From contig JALWXN010000004.1 in assembly GCA_027078545.1 (NCBI GenBank), positions 128,001 through 192,000 on the forward strand: a stretch of DNA of 64,000 nt, given 5' to 3'. The notes under the pieces are model-generated. The model did not search any database. It was not told where the DNA came from and saw only the letters and a program-made list of their open reading frames with translations. The translations under genes and the position numbers were made by a program. This document shows positions 59,123 to 64,000 of the stretch, one piece after another; positions within the stretch are counted from its first letter, which is position 1; every line of letters starts with the position of its first letter. The DNA is from Nitrososphaeria archaeon. GTDB taxonomy: Archaea > Thermoproteota > Nitrososphaeria > Geothermarchaeales > JDFR-13.

Positions 59123-59279
59123 CCCCCCGTAGCTCAGTGGCTAGAGCGGCCGGCTGTAGCTGTCTCGGCCCACGGATGACTGGGCGTATGCCTTGGGTTG
59201 AGTCCGTGGCGGCCGGCGGAGACAGGGCGATGTCCCCTCCAGCGGCAGGTCGTGGGTTCAAATCCCACCGGGGGGACCA
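59123..59279 (+). tRNA. tRNA-Tyr(GTA) with introns at 37/38 (59160-59221) and 39/40 (59224-59242) separated by a 2-nt exon
   Basis: C1-G72 and A73 Tyr identity; removing both introns gives GCCGG-CTGTAGA-CCGGC; both junctions form BHB motifs. Confidence 0.88.
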
Positions 59280-59366
59280 GGCCTCCTACTCCTCCCATGG
59301 ATTAATAACCACGTTTGTGTAATCGATTATCCTATTATGTATTCCTAGTATATCCGGTGGTGGGTA

Positions 59367-61775
59367 GTGTCTAGCCAGGTGGATTTCAGGCCGAGGCTTA
59401 GGGATAAGCGTTGGGACAAGTCTAGGGAGGAGGAGCTCCTTAGGAAGTGGGTGGAGGAGGGTCGGTACGAGTTTAGGCTGGATCCTTCTAAGCCAGTATT
59501 CTCTATAGATACTCCCCCGCCATATGCCAGTGGGACGTGGCATGTGGCTGCTGCCGCCCACTATGTGCAGTTCGATGTGTTCGCTAGGTACTATATGATG
59601 AAGGGGTATAACGTCCTCTTCCCCATGGGGATCGATAGGAATGGCCTCCCGGTCGAGATGAAGGTTGAGCAGGAGTATAGGGTCCGGGCGAGGGATGTGG
59701 AGAGATCCGAGTTTATAAGGCTCTGCCGAGAGCTCCTGGACAGGTATGAGAAGTATATCTTGGAGGTTATCCGTAGAACCGGTATGCTGGCCAACTATCT
59801 CGAGCCCTATAGGACTGATGCCCCCGACTATAGGGCGCTTACCCAGGCCACCTTCATAGAGCTGTGGAGGAGGGGTCTGATCTATGAGGATGACCGGCCC
59901 ACTATATGGTGCCCCGTATGCTACACCCCCATAGCCGAGGCGGAGATCAACTATGTAAAGAGGATGGGTAAGCTGTACAAGGTGAGGTTCCCACTGAAGG
60001 ACGGCTCAGGATACCTAGTCATAGCGACCACCAGGCCGGAGCTGATAGGCGCCACGGGCGCCGTCCTATTCCACCCTGACGACGAGAGGTATAAGAAGTA
60101 TGAGGGTAGGGAGGTGGTTATCCCGCTCTATGGATATACAGTCCCGGTGCTGGCCAACCCCATCGTGGATCCTGAGTATGGGACCGGCGTCATGATGCTC
60201 TCAAGCTATGGAGACCTGGACGATGTAAGGCTCTTCAGGGAGCTGGGCCTGAAGCCCAGGGTACTCATCACCCCTGACGGCAGGATGAACAGTCTGAGCG
60301 GTAGGTATGAGGGGATGTCCGTCGAGGAGGCTAGGGAGGCCATTGTGAAGGATCTTGAGAGGGAGGGCTATCTAGAGGGTGTGGAGGAGGTTGAGCAGAA
60401 CGTACCCACATGCTGGAGGTCTAAGAATCCTGTCGAGTTCATAAATGTGAGGGCCTTCTACCTGAAGCAGCTGGAGTATAAGGATGCTATCCGGAGGATA
60501 GCCGATGAGATAGTCTTCTACCCCGAGTTCCATAAGCAGATCCTACTGAACTGGCTAGACTCGATCTCTATAGACTGGGCCATAAGTAGGGATAGGGTCT
60601 ATGGGACCGAGATCCCTATCTGGTACTGTAAACGCTGTGGCCACCCGAATCTCCCGGAGCCTGGGAGGTACTACGTCCCCTGGAGGGATCCGCCCCCCTT
60701 CGATAAGTGTGAGAAGTGTGGGCACAACGAGTTTAGGGGTGAGGAGAGGACCTTCGACACCTGGATGGACTCCAGCATCTCCTGCCTCTACATAAGTGGA
60801 TATATGAGGGATAGCCAGCTATTCGAGAAGGCCTTCCCAGTATCTGTCAGGCCCCAGGGAATCGACATAGTCAGGACGTGGCTCTACTACACCCTGCTCA
60901 GGGTCTACCAGCTCACCGGTAAGCCGGCCTTCAAATATGTGAGGCTCTCAGGGATGGGTCTCGACGAGAAGGGTAGGCCGATGAGTAAGAGCCTCGGCAA
61001 CGTCGTGGAGCCCATACCCATACTGGATAAGTGGGGGGCCGACGTCTTCAGGCTATGGGCCTGTGGAGACACTAAGCTGGGCTACAACTACCGCTTCTCT
61101 GAGAATAGGCTCGTCCCGGCCCAGCAGTTCATAACCAAGCTGTGGAACATAGCCAGGTTCATATCCAACTTCCCCGACACTAGTGGGGAGCTCGGGGTGG
61201 ACGGCCTGATAGAGGCTGACAAGCATATGATAGAGGCTCTGAACGAGGTTATCGACCTGGCTAATGAGGAGTACTCCAGGCTGGACAGCTTCGAGACGGT
61301 AACCAGGACTAGGCACTTCACCTGGGAGGTCTTCGCATCCAACTATCTAGAGCTGGTTAAGAAGCGGGCCTACAACAGGGATGGTGAGTTCACCCTGGAG
61401 GAGCAGAGGTCTGCATGGGCAGCTCTACACATTGTCCTGAAGAATATCCTCCTGATCCTACACCCCGTGATACCCTTCGTGACCGACTATATATGGAGGG
61501 AGCTCTACGGCGCCTCTGCCCTCGACCAGCCCTTCCCCGAGAGGATGGATACCGGGCTTGGGAGGAGCCTTATACCCATGGTTATGGAGCTGAACTCGGC
61601 GATATGGAGGTATAAGGAGATGAATGGGCTGAAGAGAAAGGACCCGATATCCCTGGTGGCTATCCCTAGGGAGCTGGAGCCCTTCGCCAAGGATATCAAG
61701 GCTCTCCACAACATTGGCGAAGTGGTTATAGACGACTCGATAAGGAGTGTAGAGGAGGTTAGGATAGAGAGGTAG
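59367..61775 (+). CDS. valS: Valyl-tRNA synthetase
   Basis: DTPPPYASG, IATTRPE, GTGVM, DWAISR, DTWMDSS, PQGIDIVRTW, MSKS. Confidence 0.93.
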   Translation: MSSQVDFRPRLRDKRWDKSREEELLRKWVEEGRYEFRLDPSKPVFSIDTPPPYASGTWHVAAAAHYVQFDVFARYYMMKGYNVLFPMGIDRNGLPVEMKVEQEYRVRARDVERSEFIRLCRELLDRYEKYILEVIRRTGMLANYLEPYRTDAPDYRALTQATFIELWRRGLIYEDDRPTIWCPVCYTPIAEAEINYVKRMGKLYKVRFPLKDGSGYLVIATTRPELIGATGAVLFHPDDERYKKYEGREVVIPLYGYTVPVLANPIVDPEYGTGVMMLSSYGDLDDVRLFRELGLKPRVLITPDGRMNSLSGRYEGMSVEEAREAIVKDLEREGYLEGVEEVEQNVPTCWRSKNPVEFINVRAFYLKQLEYKDAIRRIADEIVFYPEFHKQILLNWLDSISIDWAISRDRVYGTEIPIWYCKRCGHPNLPEPGRYYVPWRDPPPFDKCEKCGHNEFRGEERTFDTWMDSSISCLYISGYMRDSQLFEKAFPVSVRPQGIDIVRTWLYYTLLRVYQLTGKPAFKYVRLSGMGLDEKGRPMSKSLGNVVEPIPILDKWGADVFRLWACGDTKLGYNYRFSENRLVPAQQFITKLWNIARFISNFPDTSGELGVDGLIEADKHMIEALNEVIDLANEEYSRLDSFETVTRTRHFTWEVFASNYLELVKKRAYNRDGEFTLEEQRSAWAALHIVLKNILLILHPVIPFVTDYIWRELYGASALDQPFPERMDTGLGRSLIPMVMELNSAIWRYKEMNGLKRKDPISLVAIPRELEPFAKDIKALHNIGEVVIDDSIRSVEEVRIER

Positions 61776-61781
61776 TGGGGC

Positions 61782-63050
61782 TCAGTAGCTCAGGGGGTAT
61801 CTAAGCAGGGCTGCCACGCCTCCGAACTGGCTGAAGATCTTGCCATGCTCCGTCTCGGGGGTTATCAGGACTACCTTGAACCCCATCTCCTCACCCTTAT
61901 CGGCGAGGTAGTCTATCAACCCCTTCTCCTCAGCTATGGACATCTCGGCGCCGCACTTGTCGCACTTGGGTGGGCGGTACTCAAGCTTCAATGCATCTGA
62001 GGGGTCGAGGATCAACTCCTTCTCATATCCACATTTTGGGCATCTAAGCCTTACATACCTCTTGTCGATATCCTCCATCACCAGTACCGTGTCTATGGCC
62101 CCGCTGTATATGTTCCTAACCACCTCGTCGATGCCGTAGAGAACCATGTTGTGCCTCTTGCTCAGCCTTGTTAGGAACTCGTCGACCAGCCTCTTCTCCC
62201 TGACATACTTCATCCCCGATAGGATGTCCCTAGCCCTGTCGAGGATCTCCCTGAGCCCCTCCTCCCCCGAGTAGTTCGTGTCTATGACAGCCACGATCTT
62301 GTTCTTGATCCTATAGTCTAGATCCGCCTCCTCGATGAACTCGTTCTTAGTAAAGCCTGGCCCACCGACTATGACCCCCCTCAGCCGGGGATAGACATCA
62401 TCCCTGAGGAACTCTTCATTCACGTGTTTAGCCACCCTGTCGAAGTATTGGTGGACAGCCATCTCCCTCAGCCGCTCGAACCTCCTGGCCGACTGGCCAC
62501 CTGCCCTATGCTTACCGGGTATCCCAGAGGTGTATTTACCCAGCACCTTGATCCTACTCCCCTCCAGTAGGCCTATCGCCGCCTCGTTCACATCTATCGA
62601 TATGAGGCCGAAGACCTCCTTCTCCCTGAGGGTCTCCTCTAGATACTCGGTGTGGAAATGGTCGTCACACCTGTAGAGGTTGACGTTCACCGGCTCGGGG
62701 GGCTCCACCACGTATATCTCCATCTTCTCAGTCCCCGGGCCCGATACGGGTATGGCTCCACAGAAGACTACGAGCCCGTTCTCAGGGGCCTCGTCATAGT
62801 ACTTGAGCCTCTCAATAACCTTGGTTATAGCGTCCTTCACATGTTTACGGGTCGTGTCGGACTTTATGTTCTCGGCGGTGGCATACTCCTGCCTAAGATA
62901 GTTTATCACGTCGGACATCCTCTTCCTAGGAGGTATGTATAGGGAGATAAGCTCGGTCCCCCTACCCTTCTTCCTCTTAATCTCCTCAATCATCTTCTTT
63001 ATCCTATAACGCCTGAGATCCCGCTCCTCAACCTTCTCCTCTCTAGCCAT
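61782..63050 (-). CDS. prf1: Peptide chain release factor aRF1
   Basis: GTELISLYIP, NIKS, YRCD, GGQS, Zn-ribbon insert; start at ATG 63050 (MAREEK). Confidence 0.95.
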   Translation of the reverse strand: MAREEKVEERDLRRYRIKKMIEEIKRKKGRGTELISLYIPPRKRMSDVINYLRQEYATAENIKSDTTRKHVKDAITKVIERLKYYDEAPENGLVVFCGAIPVSGPGTEKMEIYVVEPPEPVNVNLYRCDDHFHTEYLEETLREKEVFGLISIDVNEAAIGLLEGSRIKVLGKYTSGIPGKHRAGGQSARRFERLREMAVHQYFDRVAKHVNEEFLRDDVYPRLRGVIVGGPGFTKNEFIEEADLDYRIKNKIVAVIDTNYSGEEGLREILDRARDILSGMKYVREKRLVDEFLTRLSKRHNMVLYGIDEVVRNIYSGAIDTVLVMEDIDKRYVRLRCPKCGYEKELILDPSDALKLEYRPPKCDKCGAEMSIAEEKGLIDYLADKGEEMGFKVVLITPETEHGKIFSQFGGVAALLRYPLSY

Positions 63051-63090
63051 ACCAATTATATTTCGAGGCGGCCTCCATAATAACCTCTGG

Positions 63091-63780
63091 ATGGTCGGGA
63101 TGGCCGGGTATGTAGTCAAGCTGACCGGCTCACTATTCGAGGAGGAGAACTGGGAGACACTGGTATCGATAGCCGAGACAGCCCGCCTCGCCAGGGGTAG
63201 GGCGAGGCTACTCTTCGTATGTGGAGGTGGGAGGCTACTTAGGAAGTGGCTATCCCTCCTGAGGAGGGAGGGCGGGGCGAGTGAATACGACCTGGACATG
63301 CTCGGCATAATGTTTACAAGGGTCAACGCAAGGATATTCAGCCTCCTCCTCAAGCCCGAGTCGGAGGAGAGGATACCCGAGACCGTGGAGGAGGCGGTGA
63401 TGCTGGCTCGGAACACTGATAGACACATCGTCATGGGAGGCGTATCCCCAGGCTTCTCCACAAACGCGGTGGCAGCCTTCCTAGCAAGGGAGCTGGGCTA
63501 CAGCTTCATAAACATGACTGGCGCCGGAGGCGTATATGACAAGGACCCCACGATACACAGCGACGCGAAGCTCTTGAGAAGGGTCGACACGGAGAAGCTG
63601 GCGGAGATACTGGGAGCAACATCCGAACATGCGGGGCACTACCCACTCCTCGACAAGACCTCCCTAGGGATAATAAGGAGGTACAGGGTCAAGACCTACA
63701 TAATCCCACCCGACCCTGAATCCCTAGGAGACATACTGAGCGGCAGAGAGCCGAGGAGGGGGAGCATAGTCACCCCATAA
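63091..63780 (+). CDS. pyrH: UMP kinase
   Basis: VVKLTGS, CGGG, DMLGI, PGFSTNAVA, GVYDKDP. Confidence 0.88.
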   Translation: MVGMAGYVVKLTGSLFEEENWETLVSIAETARLARGRARLLFVCGGGRLLRKWLSLLRREGGASEYDLDMLGIMFTRVNARIFSLLLKPESEERIPETVEEAVMLARNTDRHIVMGGVSPGFSTNAVAAFLARELGYSFINMTGAGGVYDKDPTIHSDAKLLRRVDTEKLAEILGATSEHAGHYPLLDKTSLGIIRRYRVKTYIIPPDPESLGDILSGREPRRGSIVTP

Positions 63781-63842
63781 GACGGGCCAAACGTTAATAA
63801 AAACCGGGGATCCAAATACCTATTGACAGCCCCACCACCCGT

Positions 63843-63931
63843 GGAGGGGTTCCCCTAGCCTGGCCAACGGGGCGCGGTTCAGGCCCGCGTGGCGTAGGCC
63901 TTCGTGGGTTCAAATCCCACCCCCTCCACCA
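63843..63931 (+). tRNA. tRNA-Leu(CAG), intronless
   Basis: Acceptor GGAGGGG/CCCCTCC, anticodon arm CGCGG-TTCAGGC-CCGCG, long variable arm, CCA. Confidence 0.93.
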
Positions 63932-64000
63932 CCCCTATCAACACTCCTAGACACCCAACCACCAACACAGTAAACCATTTACAGACACCAGACTTGCAAA

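Noticed and set aside
59236-59246. CTCCAG as a tRNA-Trp anticodon loop or a Tyr/Trp dual-identity gene
   Set aside because: It gives no valid anticodon stem; C1-G72/A73 indicate Tyr; CTCC is explained as the BHB helix of intron 2
58992-59561. Short ORFs over tRNA-Tyr and the valS start (likewise 20476-20691 over tRNA-Leu/Ser and 30389-30571 over the sRNA)
   Set aside because: They overlap structured RNA genes or real genes in antisense and show no protein-like motifs
63051-63461. 559-aa aRF1 with a long N-terminal extension
   Set aside because: The extension is antisense to pyrH; aRF1 homology starts at MAREEK (63050)
20422-63931. Split or permuted tRNA halves suggested by the near-identical Leu sequences
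   Set aside because: Both Leu loci are complete genes with different anticodons; no orphan halves seen

Overview
Archaeal chromosomal core region. PolD together with Elf1, an arcadin-1-like gene, an Lsm-MAT pair and multi-intron tRNAs suggests a TACK archaeon, perhaps Aigarchaeota/Geothermarchaeota-like; this placement is inference. The window is packed with information-processing and housekeeping genes: PolD DP1/DP2, Cdc6, PCNA, PriL/PriS, a short GINS-like protein, Hef, an XPD-like helicase, ribosomal proteins, SRP54, aIF2a, aRF1, ValRS, aCPSF1, proteasome beta, AglB, GGGPS, G1PDH, UppS, gcvT-gcvH-glyA, purA and pyrH. There are seven tRNA genes carrying nine BHB-type introns, and an AT-rich, tRNA-interleaved defence patch (unknown ORF, GmrSD-like gene, McrBC). 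Highlights: (1) a cdc6-linked origin with inverted ORBs, followed by three HTH genes (one membrane-anchored) and a dense array of RTGAY half-sites and RTGAYRTCAY palindromes running through coding sequence, a candidate origin-tethering/segregation system; (2) an unannotated box C/D sRNA whose two guides both match tRNA-Leu(CAA) in this window and predict Cm34; (3) a tRNA-Tyr with a 2-nt exon between two introns whose BHB motifs are mutually exclusive, implying ordered splicing; (4) glyA taking its last codons and stop from the antisense strand of tRNA-Gly. All product calls come from motif recognition by eye, without database searches.
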